Shown: positions 38,492 to 50,112, counted from the first letter of the stretch. The stretch: 64,000 nt of DNA from a virus (IMGVR_UViG_3300028591_000174:13550-77549), one strand, 5' to 3'. The notes: generated by a model not told the origin, from the sequence alone. Numbers and translations are program-made.

Positions 38492-41400
38492 AGTTCTTGA
38501 ATAATATTTTTTCAAATGATGTAAAAACTTTCTCTGTAAACGAGGGTACATCTATTGATGATATTCTTAAACAAAATACAAACGATACTGTTTACGATGA
38601 CGTTCTTGTTGAATGTTATGATCTTGAAACTGGAAAAACATATTATGCTGCTATCTGTGAAGATAGAGAAACATTAAACGCAGTTGTTCAGGTAAACGGA
38701 AAAGATGTAAGCCTTGATTATGAAGTAAAAGTAAATGACATTGTAGAAATTGTTATTACACCTTCTGGTGGTAAAATAGGTGCTCAGATTGCAGGTGCTA
38801 TAGCTGGAATATTCATTGGTGCTATAGCAATTGCTTCTATTGCAGTTACTTGGGGTGCAAGTACTGGTTTAGTTGGTTTCCTTGCTTTTGTTGGTGGTGT
38901 CGGTGGAGGTATTGCCGGTGCTAAAATTGCAGGTGATGCCTGGGATATGAAACATCAAGGAAATGGGTCATCAACTAAAGGTAAGGACTCTGAAAGACTT
39001 CCTGATGTTCGTGGTGCTACAAATCAGGTATTAACTGACCAAGCATTTCCTGCCGTATTTGGCAAACATTTGGCTGCACCATTTATAATTGGTTCTCCGT
39101 ACAACGTTATTACAGGAAATCGTGGACAGGAAAATTATATTCATGTTCTTTATGAGATTGGATATGCTCCATTAAGAATTACAGATATCAAACTTGGTGA
39201 CCAGTATCTTGCTCATAATAAAAGGTGGTCTGGCAATCAGTGCATGAAAAATATCTGGTCCGGCAAACTAGAAGGTATTGATGAAGGAACGAACCATTAT
39301 GATATGGAGTACTTTCAGCAGAATACAAGCATTCCTTTATCATCAAGACCTCAAATTACAGCAAGCCAAATGATTGCTGCAGGTTGGGATGTTCCAGATG
39401 ACGATTCAATTTATACTGTATATTCCTCTTCATATTCAAATCAGAATGGAACAAAAACTGTTCTTGTAACTCCTATTCTTAACAATGGGACTGTTTTATC
39501 ACCTGCTCAGCTTGAAACAGATGCAAATAACATTCTTTCGGACCAATCTGCAACACATGATGTTCTTCTTAACACCTTTACAGGTACTGACTCTATTGGA
39601 CAAGCAGATGAATATGCAGAAGAACTACACGCTGCTCAAGGAAGTTATTATGGATTAAGTGGAGATATTGTAAACACTTGGAAAAATAATGATGTATCAG
39701 TTGAGATATTACAGCAGATTCCAGGTGAAAATGTGAATTACGGAGACGTATATCCACACGCAAGAATTCAAAATGACATCAATGCTGATGTATTGTTTAT
39801 TGCTGACGGTTCTCTTGAAGATATTGATTCTGGTAAAAATATTTCATATAAGGGGGTTGGTCTTAAGGATGGCTTAAGAAATAATCCTATATACTTTACA
39901 GAACAGTATCCTAAATCTGCTACTGTAGAGCTTGATTTTGCACAGGGTCTATATAAATCAAGAAGTGAGACTTCAGATGAAAAGAGTGAAGTAAAGAATT
40001 ATAAGATACCGATGTGGATTGGTCTTCAGTGGCGTATTTACTCTGATGATAATCCTATATGTGACGGAAATACAGCAGGTGATGATGTTCCGTTCCCAAC
40101 ATGGAATCAGGAAACAAAGTCTTACAATCCAGTTACATATAAAGGAAAGACTGGTGTTATCAGAGGCTGGAACTCTTTTGATTCTATCAATAATACTGTA
40201 AATGCAACTGCTTATACAGCAGAAGATCGTTACCTTGATATTGCTGCACATACTGGAAATAACCTCAAGAATGAAAAAACAAGGTCTGGTCAAACTGAAA
40301 CTACAGTTACGATAACTGGAAGTATATCATATTTACCAGCTCCTTATGATACTAATCCTTACAAATTAACAAATCTCACACTTGCCGTTTCTTCTTCTTA
40401 TAGTGATGTTATAAAACTTCAGGCTTATGATAATTCTTCATGGATAACAGTTCTTGAATTACCAATCGGCGGTTCAAGTACATCTGTTCCAAGTACGTCT
40501 GTTCCTAATAACAAATGGCGTATAAAGATTGGAGAGTGGACATCAGGTGAGTTCAGTTTAACAGGTTCAACAAAAACTATCCCAATTTCTGGATATGTAT
40601 ATTCTGCAGATATAAATAATAACTGGCTTAATTCTAAAGCATTTAATCTTCAGTCTTTGGGTGGAGACAATGAAGATACAGATGGTATTAATGAAATCAG
40701 ATGTATAACATCTATTGATTTTGTTGAATGGTCAAGGGCAAATCTTCTTTCTGAAGATGAAAGAGAATCGGAATATGTTGAAGATATTCTTGCAAATAAA
40801 ATGAGATCTTATTTTTATGACGGAACAAACTCAACCAAGTCTATAGAAGTTCGCGTTGTAAGAATTTCTCCATGTTATCTTGATGAAGTTAAATCTACAA
40901 AAGAAAAATCTGCATTTAAATTTAATGATATATTTACCTGGAAAACACTGTCATCAACAATGCTTGATGGCGATGCTCTTATTAACAAGAGTGCTATCAT
41001 TCAGAAAAGACCTTTGTCAGAAGAGTTAATGAGAGGACATTGTATTTTGTCATTAAAGGCAAAAACTGATACTGTAGACCAGTTATCAAACACAATCAGA
41101 AAACTCTCTTGTATCGCAGAGTCTTTTGCACCTTATTATGATAAAGAACAAAAGAAGTGGTTCCCGGAAAATGTTGTAAAGCAGAAGCGTTATATTCGTT
41201 ATGATGCAGGAAACAATGTATGGAATGATATCACAGAACAGGAATATTACCAAGACCGACAGAATAGACAGACTGGAGTTAGGTCCAAATGTATTGCTAA
41301 TGGTAACAACTTTGTTTCTCAGATTATTGATGTAATCAATACAAATGCTCATAAAGATGAGAAAGGACGTATTTTTATTCCAAATGATGATATGGACAAT

Positions 41401-43536
41401 GGACAGTATAAGACTGGCTGTGATGGTACATTGAAATATTGTAATAATAATGTAGCGTCAATATTTATGCTCGCAGGTATTGGACCTCACCTTGGAAAAG
41501 ATGCTTTAGGATATACTCAGAGTCACTTTGATGTAAATGGTATTGGTGATTTTAATATGCTCTCAATGTCAAAATGGCATAGTTGGGCTGAAAGGGTCAC
41601 AGATGGTTCTACTTATGCTTCAGATGGCTATCATTATAATCATAAAGGCGTAAGAATTCATCATAACAAAGGTGATTTAGTTGAGGTATATTTTGCTGCA
41701 AACGCCTATGTTTATAATCAGGAAACACTTGAGTCAATCTTTGCTAATATCTCAATTGCAGGCCGTTCGGTTTATACGAAAGATAATAAAGGCAGAATTA
41801 CAGTTGTTATTGATAAACCAGAAAAATATCCTGTAGCACTTATCAATCAGCAGAATACTCTGAAGTCTTCTTACACAATTTCATATGCAGAGTCACCATC
41901 TGGAATCCAGGTTTCTTTCCCGGATGAAGATGATGGTTATGAAACAAATCAGCTTTATTGTATGGCCGATGGTGAAGACGAGAAAAACCCATTCGGAGCA
42001 ATTGAACCTTATGGATTTAAGTTCGTTACAAACAATATACAGTTATGGTCTTTAGGACGATACATTCTGGCAAATAGAATCCTCAATAAAGAAGTTGTAA
42101 CAAAGCAGCTTGGAATTGAGGGTGCTTCTATTACTCTCGGCGATCTTGTACTTGTACAGGACGATACAATGCTTATAGGCACTGATAATGGTGGTAGAAT
42201 CACTCAATTGATTGAGAATGAACAGGGTATTTACGGTTTTGTAATAGATAATATGTATCACTTTACTGGTGAGACTGAAATCGTTGATGGAGTTGAAAAG
42301 AGTTCTCAGGGCGTTGTTGTAATGCAACCATCTCAGTATAAAGAGTCGAGAATTATCACATTACGATTGATGAAAGATGGTGGAACTGCATATGTAAATG
42401 GAGTTCTTTATACAATGACAAAAGGAATGACAAATACAGTTTTATTTGATATTCCTATCTCAAAAAATGCTGATAATCAAGACGGTTCAGATTATTATAT
42501 CTACAAGCCTGAAGCTGGAAATATGGTTGGCTTTGGAAAAATTGGAAAGGTTACTTCAACTTATAGAGTAATAAAGATTAAGGCTTCAGAAAAACGTACT
42601 TATGATTTTACTCTTATGAAGTATCAAGAGGACTTGTATAACTACGGTGCTCAGTTACCTTCTTTCCAGAACCATATGACAATTCCAGATAGAAGCGGCG
42701 AGAACTCATTCTCATTGTCAAATAATGTAAATCAGAATGATTTGACAAAAAGTCTCAATGAACTCTCAGATCAGGTTCAACAGCAGATAGGAACAATAAC
42801 AAGTTATGAATGCTCTTTGTCTATGTCATCAATTGGCTCTGCAGTTTTAGGCAATGTATTCAAAGATGGTTCAATTGTTGAAGGAACCCTTTATTATAAA
42901 GATTTTTATGGAACTTCTGGTCAGCAACCTACAACAGAAGGTGGCACAGGAACTGTAATTGATGGTATAATTAACATACCTGCGGTTCAAAACGCTGATA
43001 AACATATTGTAAATATCTACTCAGATGCTCAGTATGAAAACATTGTTTGTTCAAGTTTTGTTTCGTATGGTGCTACTGGAAGTGGTTCTTCTTCTTACTG
43101 GCTTATATGTGATGCAAGTTCTGTTAATAAAGATGTAAACGGAAACTTTAATCCAAGTTCTATTAATCTTGTCGGAATGACACAGAGTGGAACTTCTGCT
43201 CCAACTACATATTCAGGAAGAATTGGAATTGCAGTTGATACAGGCAGCGGATATGGAAATGAAACTACTTATGATGATTATTCAAAGACGTTTACAATTC
43301 CTGCTAACACTAAGAAGATAAGATGCCGTCTTTATCTTGCCGGTGGAACTTCTGTTAAACTCGATGAAGAGATTGTAACAGTAACAAGTGACGGCGGATA
43401 TCAGGATTACAAGTTTGCAGTTGGGGCCTTCGACCTTGATGATACTGCACTCAGAAATCTTGATTGGCAGGAAACACCACCACCTACAACAGAACAGGCA
43501 CCTTGCTTATATATGGCTACTAAGTGGATAAACTAG
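38479..43536 (+). CDS. Tail tip / central fibre host-specificity protein (gpI/gpJ-like fusion)
   Basis: ~1685 aa; N-terminal ubiquitin-like segment plus hydrophobic GA-rich stretch; P.VFGKH...P, GD.V.V and Y.L.L.KY motifs. Track start is 38464. Confidence 0.8.
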   Translation: MATVKFLNNIFSNDVKTFSVNEGTSIDDILKQNTNDTVYDDVLVECYDLETGKTYYAAICEDRETLNAVVQVNGKDVSLDYEVKVNDIVEIVITPSGGKIGAQIAGAIAGIFIGAIAIASIAVTWGASTGLVGFLAFVGGVGGGIAGAKIAGDAWDMKHQGNGSSTKGKDSERLPDVRGATNQVLTDQAFPAVFGKHLAAPFIIGSPYNVITGNRGQENYIHVLYEIGYAPLRITDIKLGDQYLAHNKRWSGNQCMKNIWSGKLEGIDEGTNHYDMEYFQQNTSIPLSSRPQITASQMIAAGWDVPDDDSIYTVYSSSYSNQNGTKTVLVTPILNNGTVLSPAQLETDANNILSDQSATHDVLLNTFTGTDSIGQADEYAEELHAAQGSYYGLSGDIVNTWKNNDVSVEILQQIPGENVNYGDVYPHARIQNDINADVLFIADGSLEDIDSGKNISYKGVGLKDGLRNNPIYFTEQYPKSATVELDFAQGLYKSRSETSDEKSEVKNYKIPMWIGLQWRIYSDDNPICDGNTAGDDVPFPTWNQETKSYNPVTYKGKTGVIRGWNSFDSINNTVNATAYTAEDRYLDIAAHTGNNLKNEKTRSGQTETTVTITGSISYLPAPYDTNPYKLTNLTLAVSSSYSDVIKLQAYDNSSWITVLELPIGGSSTSVPSTSVPNNKWRIKIGEWTSGEFSLTGSTKTIPISGYVYSADINNNWLNSKAFNLQSLGGDNEDTDGINEIRCITSIDFVEWSRANLLSEDERESEYVEDILANKMRSYFYDGTNSTKSIEVRVVRISPCYLDEVKSTKEKSAFKFNDIFTWKTLSSTMLDGDALINKSAIIQKRPLSEELMRGHCILSLKAKTDTVDQLSNTIRKLSCIAESFAPYYDKEQKKWFPENVVKQKRYIRYDAGNNVWNDITEQEYYQDRQNRQTGVRSKCIANGNNFVSQIIDVINTNAHKDEKGRIFIPNDDMDNGQYKTGCDGTLKYCNNNVASIFMLAGIGPHLGKDALGYTQSHFDVNGIGDFNMLSMSKWHSWAERVTDGSTYASDGYHYNHKGVRIHHNKGDLVEVYFAANAYVYNQETLESIFANISIAGRSVYTKDNKGRITVVIDKPEKYPVALINQQNTLKSSYTISYAESPSGIQVSFPDEDDGYETNQLYCMADGEDEKNPFGAIEPYGFKFVTNNIQLWSLGRYILANRILNKEVVTKQLGIEGASITLGDLVLVQDDTMLIGTDNGGRITQLIENEQGIYGFVIDNMYHFTGETEIVDGVEKSSQGVVVMQPSQYKESRIITLRLMKDGGTAYVNGVLYTMTKGMTNTVLFDIPISKNADNQDGSDYYIYKPEAGNMVGFGKIGKVTSTYRVIKIKASEKRTYDFTLMKYQEDLYNYGAQLPSFQNHMTIPDRSGENSFSLSNNVNQNDLTKSLNELSDQVQQQIGTITSYECSLSMSSIGSAVLGNVFKDGSIVEGTLYYKDFYGTSGQQPTTEGGTGTVIDGIINIPAVQNADKHIVNIYSDAQYENIVCSSFVSYGATGSGSSSYWLICDASSVNKDVNGNFNPSSINLVGMTQSGTSAPTTYSGRIGIAVDTGSGYGNETTYDDYSKTFTIPANTKKIRCRLYLAGGTSVKLDEEIVTVTSDGGYQDYKFAVGAFDLDDTALRNLDWQETPPPTTEQAPCLYMATKWIN

Positions 43537-43545
43537 GAGGATAAT

Positions 43546-46500
43546 ATGGCTTTACCAGAAGGTTATGCTATTTCAGCACTTACAGGAAAAAAAGGAGCAG
43601 ACGGAACATCTGCTAAGTTTATAGAAATAGAAGCACCAAACGGACTTGTTTTCAAAAACGGAAGTCCTAATAGTTTGACACTTAATGCCATTGCTATAGG
43701 CTTTACTCCAAGTTCTTATAAGTGGTATAAAGACGGTACTGTAATCAGCGGTGCAACTTCACAGACTTACAATGCAACTACAGCAGGAGTATATAAAGTT
43801 GTCTGTGGAGACTATTCAGATATCACAACAGTAATTGCAGTGTCTGACGGACAAGATGGTACATCACCTTATTCCTGCTCTGTAAGTAACGAAAACTTTA
43901 CAGTAGCAACTGGCACAGATTTAAAACCTCTCTCTGCGACAACTTACAGCGTAAAGTTTCAAGCATATAAAGGAAGCACACAACTTTCTCCTATTGCTCC
44001 GTCAGCAGCTATTGCAAGTGGTAAGTTTAAAGTATCTACTCCAAATGCTTCTGGATTCACTGTTGCACAAAGCACAGCAGGAACATTGACATTTAAGACT
44101 GCAACTGGCACTGCTATATCTGCAAACCTTACTGTATCTGTTACTGTAACTTATGATAACGGTTCGACAGAAACAAAAGTAATTACTATCTCTGCAAGTA
44201 AAACTGGAGCAAAAGGTGAAGATGCTTCTCAGATAGGAGAGAACTTACTTCACGATTCAAAACTTTTTGGTTCTGTATATGGTTCTTCATATCCATATTA
44301 TAAATACATTGATAATGGTGCTCATACAGCAAACGCTTTCAATGGATTTACACAGACTTACTGTAACAATTCTAGTGGAACTTCAACAAAAGATTTTTTA
44401 GCTTGGAAAAACATCAAAGGTTTTACTCTTGGTGATAAATATACATTAAGTTTTTGGGCTAAAGGAAGTGGAAAATTTTATACTTATTGGTATGGTGATT
44501 CTGGTTACGTTCAGACTAAGAGAATTGCATCTTCTGACGGTCAGGCAGCAGGCAATTTTGGTGATGGCTCAACTACATTTACTCTTACATCAGAATGGAA
44601 GCAGTATTGGGTTACTTGGCAACTAAATACAACAGGAAATAACACAGTATCTAAGATTATTCTTTTTAGAGCATACGCAGATGCACAAGTTTATATTGCA
44701 GGCCCTAAATTTGAGAAAGGAGAAACAGCAACTGCTTGGGTTCCTCATGTTGATGAATATAAAGGAGAAACTGGCAATACAGGAACTAAAACATTTTTCT
44801 CTGATTACGCAAGAACATGGACTAACACAAACTGGAATACTTATAAGACAGCAGGTTATGCAACTACATGGAATAACAGTACCGTTGAAGGAATGCGTGT
44901 TGGCGATATATTAGTCATAACTGCAACCTTATCTGAGCAGGGAAATATTATTGGTACCGTCTATACTCAGATAACTTCAGTGCCAAGTTCAAAAGTAGAT
45001 GGATATTACAAGATTGGTTGTACTACTCTTTACGGTATGGTAGGACAACGTGGTCAAACAGGTGCAACAGGTACTCGTGGAACTTTAACTTTTACAGGTA
45101 CAGAAATCTATAATATTAGAGCAACTGCTGTTGTATATACACTTACAACTGCGAGTACAGGGATTACTAGCACTAATATGAATATTCTTGTAGGTGACAG
45201 ATACATTAACTCTCTGACTGGCGATGTATGGAAGTGTACTACGGCAGGCACTGCTTCAACTGCTAAATGGACTTATGAGGGTAGACAGGCTAAGGATAGT
45301 GATAGTTCTAACCAATTCAGATTCTTTGGAGAAGGAACTAAAACAAAATATAACACTGGCGGAACAAATATATCACAGACAGAAGTTACTGGTGAGGGTC
45401 CTTTTGGCGGTAATACTTCCCTATTGAAGATTACTCGTCCTGCTAATGCTGCCTCAAATGGCAGAGTAACACCATATTCAAAAACCATAAAACTTGAAGC
45501 TGGTGTAAGTTATCGTTATGCCTGCTACGCAAAAAAAACAAACGATGGCTTTATTAATTATTTTGGTTGTAGAGGTTGGGAACAGGTTTCTGAAACAGTA
45601 AAAAACAGTCAGATATTAGCATTAAATGGTAGCGAAATAAACAGTGGATATTTTGTAAGTTCTAAAAACTTCGGAACAGTAGGTAGATGGTATCTTGTAA
45701 TCGGATATGTAACCGCAAACGGTGTAACTACAGCACCTGCAAATGATGCAGGTGTTTATGATATGGTAACTAAACAGAGGGTTGCAAACTGTATTAACTA
45801 CCAGTTTAAAAATATTACTGAGTTTACTCACAATGGAACTTTGATTGAGTATACTGAAAGCTCTTCAACTCCAACTGTTGAGAATACTACATATATCTAT
45901 GATATTCGCTTTGATAAAATGGATGGAACTCAGCCTACCTTAAATGAACTTTTGAATCTTGACAGTGAAGCAAAGGGAAAAGGAACGTGGGCTAGTGGTA
46001 CAAATTATATTATAGGCGATATTGTTTTTTATAGTACAAATGGGTGTTCATATATCTGTAAATCAAGTCATACGTCTTCTAGTTCTATTGTACCAACAAA
46101 CACAACTTATTGGGATAAAATTGCAGATAAAGGTGAAAAAGGTGATAGAGGTTTCTCATCACGCACAATTGCATTTAGAGTAAACTATTCGGCTTTTTCT
46201 ACAGCAAATGACGGAGAAGTTTATGTATGTGGTTATAATGCAAATGGTGCAGAAGCAGATACATATGGCTATGTAATTATAAACGGAACTACATATTATG
46301 CTAAGGGAATGTTGAATAGTAACTGTGCTATGAATGGTTATATGGCTATTCAGAAAAGCGGTGCAACAAGTTCTGGATCTCCAGCAACGCCAGTTTATGT
46401 TTTTGAAGATGGCTCAAACACTTGGTATCAAGTTGCAAATGGTTTAACTACAGTTGTTAAAAGTGCAATTTCTTCAAAAGCAGATTGGATTGTATTGGCT

Positions 46501-48744
46501 AAAGTCCACTCTCAAACAGGAGAAGGGAAAGTTTCTCTTGAACCAATGACTCCTTGTTTACTTTCAGATATAAACAGTGTTATTGAAATGAAGTATGAAG
46601 GAATAGTCGCAGCAGTCACAAATTATACAAGTGCACAAATTACTCCATACAAAATCACAGGAAGTAACGGTTCGTTTAGTAAAACAGCATTAACTGCAAG
46701 ATATGTTGAGCGTGGTGCATTGGTTCTTAATACAAATGCAGTTACTCCAACATCAAGTACTGCCCAGGCTAGAATGATGTTGTTTGACGGAACAACTTGG
46801 ACCGAAATTAGTTCTAGTGATGCTCGTTATAATGACGCTATATTGTTGTGTGCCGGTGCACTTCCTTCTCTTGCTGGATATTATTATACACTCGGATTGG
46901 CAACTCCAAACATTTGCGGAACTTATATTGATACACTCACAACTAACAGAGCGTTTATCAATGAAGCGATGATTAACCTTATCCGTGCTTATGATATCAA
47001 CTTCAAGAACTCTGTTTCAAGTTATAAGGATTCTGGATATGTCGCAGGAGATCTTGCTATATCTATGGGTAAGAATCCTAAAAACACTTCTGATACAGAA
47101 AATAACTTTATAATACAATCGTACAAAGGTGATGTAGTTAAATCTGGAAATTCTGTTCCAATTTGGAAAAAAGAGTTCTTTACAAAAAAAACTGACAATG
47201 GATTAATAGATTTATTTATTAATGGAAAATTAAATTTAGCAGGTGATTTAGAAATAAGTTCTCCTTCGTTGTACGTTGGAGTTGAAGCAGAACCAGTCTG
47301 TAAATGTTCTGGGTCTGGCACAGCTGTATCTAACTACAACTGTGCTCAAGTGTTTTATAATGACAAAATATACTTATTTCAAAGTTCAACTTCCAGCACT
47401 GTAATGGTGTCTGTTTGTAATTACAAAGGAAGTAATACACCAAGTTTTACACAACTTGCAGAAATTAGCAGCAAAGGTCTTGTTTATGATGCAACAGTTT
47501 ACAAAAACAATATCTATGTCTCTTTTAGTACAGGTGTATATAGATTTAATGTTTCTAATAACTCATTTACAACAATAACAACTACTTATAAACCTGTTAT
47601 AATGAACATTGTAAATAATTTATTAAATCTAACCACTGACAATAATATATTTGCTTTCTATAATGGTTCTTCTGTTATTACAAAAACATCAAATGGCAAT
47701 TGTTTGTGGTTATGTAATTTTACCCAAGATTTATTAGTTGCTTGTAATGGAAGTTTGTCACCTTCTGGCACTGCATATGCAACAAATAGCCTATCATTTT
47801 ATAATCCTGATTTTACAGAACTTGGAAATCAACAAATTACTGGTAAAACAGTTACGAAAATTGATGGAACAACAACGACTATTTCATCAGCCTGTGGGCT
47901 ATTTGCTTATAATGGCGTTTTAATAACTTGTGCATTAAATTTAGGAATCGTAATAAGTTATGACTGTGGACAAACGTGGAAGCAGGTTTTCTCACGGACA
48001 ATACTTTCATTTAAGGGCTATGCGACTCAAAATATTATTATATTACATAATGATGCCGAAGTAATTTATAGTTTAGATAATGGTGTAAATTGGAATGACT
48101 TTAATTTACGTTATAACAGTACATACAGAATGGGTAAAGCATTCTTAGCACAAACAACCTTATATAAAGATATATTAGTGCCAGTTGGCTTTGACAATAG
48201 ATTGAGTTTTTGTAGAATTAGACAAAGAAATATAGTAGAACAAACGGCTATATCAATTATTGCCAGCAGTATAAAAGATATTAACAGACCATTTGGGTTA
48301 TCAATGTATGATGCTTCTATAGAGCTAATAAAGTTTGATAAAACTTATAATGTTGGAGACATTATTTATAATGGTGCTAACACTATTGGTAATTTTTACA
48401 AATGCATACAATCAAGTAAAGCAGATAAATTATTTGACCCTGCTTATTGGCAAAACGATATTGGTGACAGTGGTTATATAGTCTTTTCGAACGGTTTAAA
48501 GATACAGTGGATTAGGACTACTCACACTAATTCTACAAAAAGCCTTGCATTTGATTTATCATTCAGTAACAAAAATTATTTTGTTTTTTGTCAAAGCGAA
48601 CGAACTGACAATGGATACCCAAATACGTTTGTAGGTGGTGTTTATAATAAACAAAATGATAACAGAACATTTACTTATGCAACTTCATATAATTCGCAAA
48701 GCGAAAGTGTTACTAATGACATTTTTTTTGCTATAGGATACTAA
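43546..48744 (+). CDS. Long tail fibre / receptor-binding protein with variable C-terminal tip
   Basis: 1732 aa, Thr/Ser-rich; collagen-like GxxGxxG stretches; CBM4/9-like GENLL..S domain; two CBM5/12-like W...Y..GD.V...Y.C motifs; C-terminal SGY..FSNGLKIQW...AIGY tip (gp53-like). Confidence 0.9.
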   Translation: MALPEGYAISALTGKKGADGTSAKFIEIEAPNGLVFKNGSPNSLTLNAIAIGFTPSSYKWYKDGTVISGATSQTYNATTAGVYKVVCGDYSDITTVIAVSDGQDGTSPYSCSVSNENFTVATGTDLKPLSATTYSVKFQAYKGSTQLSPIAPSAAIASGKFKVSTPNASGFTVAQSTAGTLTFKTATGTAISANLTVSVTVTYDNGSTETKVITISASKTGAKGEDASQIGENLLHDSKLFGSVYGSSYPYYKYIDNGAHTANAFNGFTQTYCNNSSGTSTKDFLAWKNIKGFTLGDKYTLSFWAKGSGKFYTYWYGDSGYVQTKRIASSDGQAAGNFGDGSTTFTLTSEWKQYWVTWQLNTTGNNTVSKIILFRAYADAQVYIAGPKFEKGETATAWVPHVDEYKGETGNTGTKTFFSDYARTWTNTNWNTYKTAGYATTWNNSTVEGMRVGDILVITATLSEQGNIIGTVYTQITSVPSSKVDGYYKIGCTTLYGMVGQRGQTGATGTRGTLTFTGTEIYNIRATAVVYTLTTASTGITSTNMNILVGDRYINSLTGDVWKCTTAGTASTAKWTYEGRQAKDSDSSNQFRFFGEGTKTKYNTGGTNISQTEVTGEGPFGGNTSLLKITRPANAASNGRVTPYSKTIKLEAGVSYRYACYAKKTNDGFINYFGCRGWEQVSETVKNSQILALNGSEINSGYFVSSKNFGTVGRWYLVIGYVTANGVTTAPANDAGVYDMVTKQRVANCINYQFKNITEFTHNGTLIEYTESSSTPTVENTTYIYDIRFDKMDGTQPTLNELLNLDSEAKGKGTWASGTNYIIGDIVFYSTNGCSYICKSSHTSSSSIVPTNTTYWDKIADKGEKGDRGFSSRTIAFRVNYSAFSTANDGEVYVCGYNANGAEADTYGYVIINGTTYYAKGMLNSNCAMNGYMAIQKSGATSSGSPATPVYVFEDGSNTWYQVANGLTTVVKSAISSKADWIVLAKVHSQTGEGKVSLEPMTPCLLSDINSVIEMKYEGIVAAVTNYTSAQITPYKITGSNGSFSKTALTARYVERGALVLNTNAVTPTSSTAQARMMLFDGTTWTEISSSDARYNDAILLCAGALPSLAGYYYTLGLATPNICGTYIDTLTTNRAFINEAMINLIRAYDINFKNSVSSYKDSGYVAGDLAISMGKNPKNTSDTENNFIIQSYKGDVVKSGNSVPIWKKEFFTKKTDNGLIDLFINGKLNLAGDLEISSPSLYVGVEAEPVCKCSGSGTAVSNYNCAQVFYNDKIYLFQSSTSSTVMVSVCNYKGSNTPSFTQLAEISSKGLVYDATVYKNNIYVSFSTGVYRFNVSNNSFTTITTTYKPVIMNIVNNLLNLTTDNNIFAFYNGSSVITKTSNGNCLWLCNFTQDLLVACNGSLSPSGTAYATNSLSFYNPDFTELGNQQITGKTVTKIDGTTTTISSACGLFAYNGVLITCALNLGIVISYDCGQTWKQVFSRTILSFKGYATQNIIILHNDAEVIYSLDNGVNWNDFNLRYNSTYRMGKAFLAQTTLYKDILVPVGFDNRLSFCRIRQRNIVEQTAISIIASSIKDINRPFGLSMYDASIELIKFDKTYNVGDIIYNGANTIGNFYKCIQSSKADKLFDPAYWQNDIGDSGYIVFSNGLKIQWIRTTHTNSTKSLAFDLSFSNKNYFVFCQSERTDNGYPNTFVGGVYNKQNDNRTFTYATSYNSQSESVTNDIFFAIGY

Positions 48745-48747
48745 ACC

Positions 48748-48963
48748 AACGGTTTACATATACAATGGGGACAGAAGCCTGGATATACAAAACATATTAC
48801 TTTTCCTATTGCATTCTCTAGTGGCTGTATGTACTTTAACTTTATAGCATATCGTACTTCAGCTACAGAGAATGGCTGGCATTATTACAATAATCTCACA
48901 AGGACAGATGTTTATGTAATGCAGAATGATGAAACTGTATTATGGATTGCTATAGGTTATTAA
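48748..48963 (+). other. Silent tip cassette B (NGLHIQWGQKPG...LWIAIGY*)
   Basis: No own start codon; begins at the crossover site. Confidence 0.88.
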
Positions 48964-49205
48964 TAGCCAATTGCAAAAAAACTATACGAACCTCCATTTG
49001 TAATTGCTTTAAACTGATTTGTATTATTTCCACTCAGTCTTGCTCCAACTTCCGATTTTGACATTGTACCAGCAGAATTATCATAATAGCCAAATATAAG
49101 ACAGGAGTCTGGACTTGTAAAATTAAGTGGTAAATATAAATCAGTTTTTACACCTCCACTAACAAAGCCATCAGCATATTTTATCCATTGTATCTTTAAA
49201 CCGTT
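48960..49205 (-). other. Silent tip cassette C (NGLKIQWIKYADG...SFFAIGY*)
   Basis: Read manually on the minus strand; stop overlaps the cassette B stop. Confidence 0.88.
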
Positions 49206-49232
49206 CGATAACTTATAATAATTATTAAGTCG

Positions 49233-49241
49233 TGCTATAAT
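49233..49241 (+). promoter_or_regulatory. Extended -10 promoter (TGnTATAAT) for the fibre chaperone gene, inside the invertible region
   Basis: TGCTATAAT followed by GGAGG RBS (49252-49256) and ATG at 49262. Confidence 0.6.
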
Positions 49242-49261
49242 CTATTTAGGTGGAGGTATGT

Positions 49262-49642
49262 ATGTATTTCGGAAAAATCAAAAATACTGATGATGAATGG
49301 GGCTTTGATGTTTTTATTTCTAACTTTGAATCTTATGTAACGGTCGATGATTCAGAACATCTAAGCATTGTAAATCAAGCAAACAGTGAAGGTAAATTAA
49401 TCAAAGGAGATTCTGACGGAAATCCTATTCTGGTAAATCCACCAGAACCGACTGATTATGAAAAAGCACAGAGCCGAATATCTGAACTTGAACAATTTCT
49501 TACTGAAACAGACTGGTATGCAATCAGATTTGCAGATACAGGCGAAGAAATCCCTGTTGAAATAAAAAATAACAGACAGGAAGCAAGAGACGAAATATCA
49601 AGATTACGAACAGAGTATCCAGAGCCTAATCAAAACAACTGA
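49262..49642 (+). CDS. Tail fibre assembly chaperone-like protein
   Basis: G.P.L..PP, L.ETDWY and R.EAR..I motifs typical of Tfa/XkdW-like proteins; embedded among the cassettes. Track start is 49250. Confidence 0.75.
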   Translation: MYFGKIKNTDDEWGFDVFISNFESYVTVDDSEHLSIVNQANSEGKLIKGDSDGNPILVNPPEPTDYEKAQSRISELEQFLTETDWYAIRFADTGEEIPVEIKNNRQEARDEISRLRTEYPEPNQNN

Positions 49643-49857
49643 ACGGTTTGCGTATACAATGGGGAAAAGATTCTGGTTCGAACAGAACAGTTAATTTTTC
49701 ATTAAGTTTTACTCAAACGCCTATAATTGTCTGCGTTCCACACGCAGGAGAAAGCTATTCACCTGGATACTTTTCTTTCGGATATAACATCACTAATTCA
49801 AGTTTTACTGCTTACAAAGCTGGTGCAAGTATAGACTGGATTGCTATAGGATATTAG
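49642..49857 (+). other. Silent tip cassette D (NGLRIQWGKDSG...DWIAIGY*)
   Basis: Track ORF 49648-49857; begins at the crossover site. Confidence 0.9.
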
Positions 49858-50108
49858 TAACCAATTGCAATCCAAGACATTTGTTTTTTTGACAAACCAG
49901 AGACTCCACAATAAAAACCGCTAACAGATATACTGTCAATAAAAGTCCAAGAAGATAAGTAATTTACATATAATGTATTTGATGATGTGTCAGATTCAAT
50001 TACTGCTGTTGATACAAATGGAGGAGTAGTAAAATTCAATGCAAAGGAAACAGATTTTCTTCCTGCACTTTTATCAAGTTGCTTTCCCCATTGTATCTTT
50101 AAACCGTT
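49854..50108 (-). other. Silent tip cassette E (NGLKIQWGKQLDK...SWIAIGY*)
   Basis: Track ORF 49854-50039 extended to the crossover site. Confidence 0.9.
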
Positions 50109-50112
50109 CAGT

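Noticed and set aside
43546-48744. Alternative genetic code or stop-codon recoding
   Set aside because: Long genes (tape measure, fibres, terminase) are intact under the standard bacterial code, and TAA, TAG and TGA all occur as gene ends.
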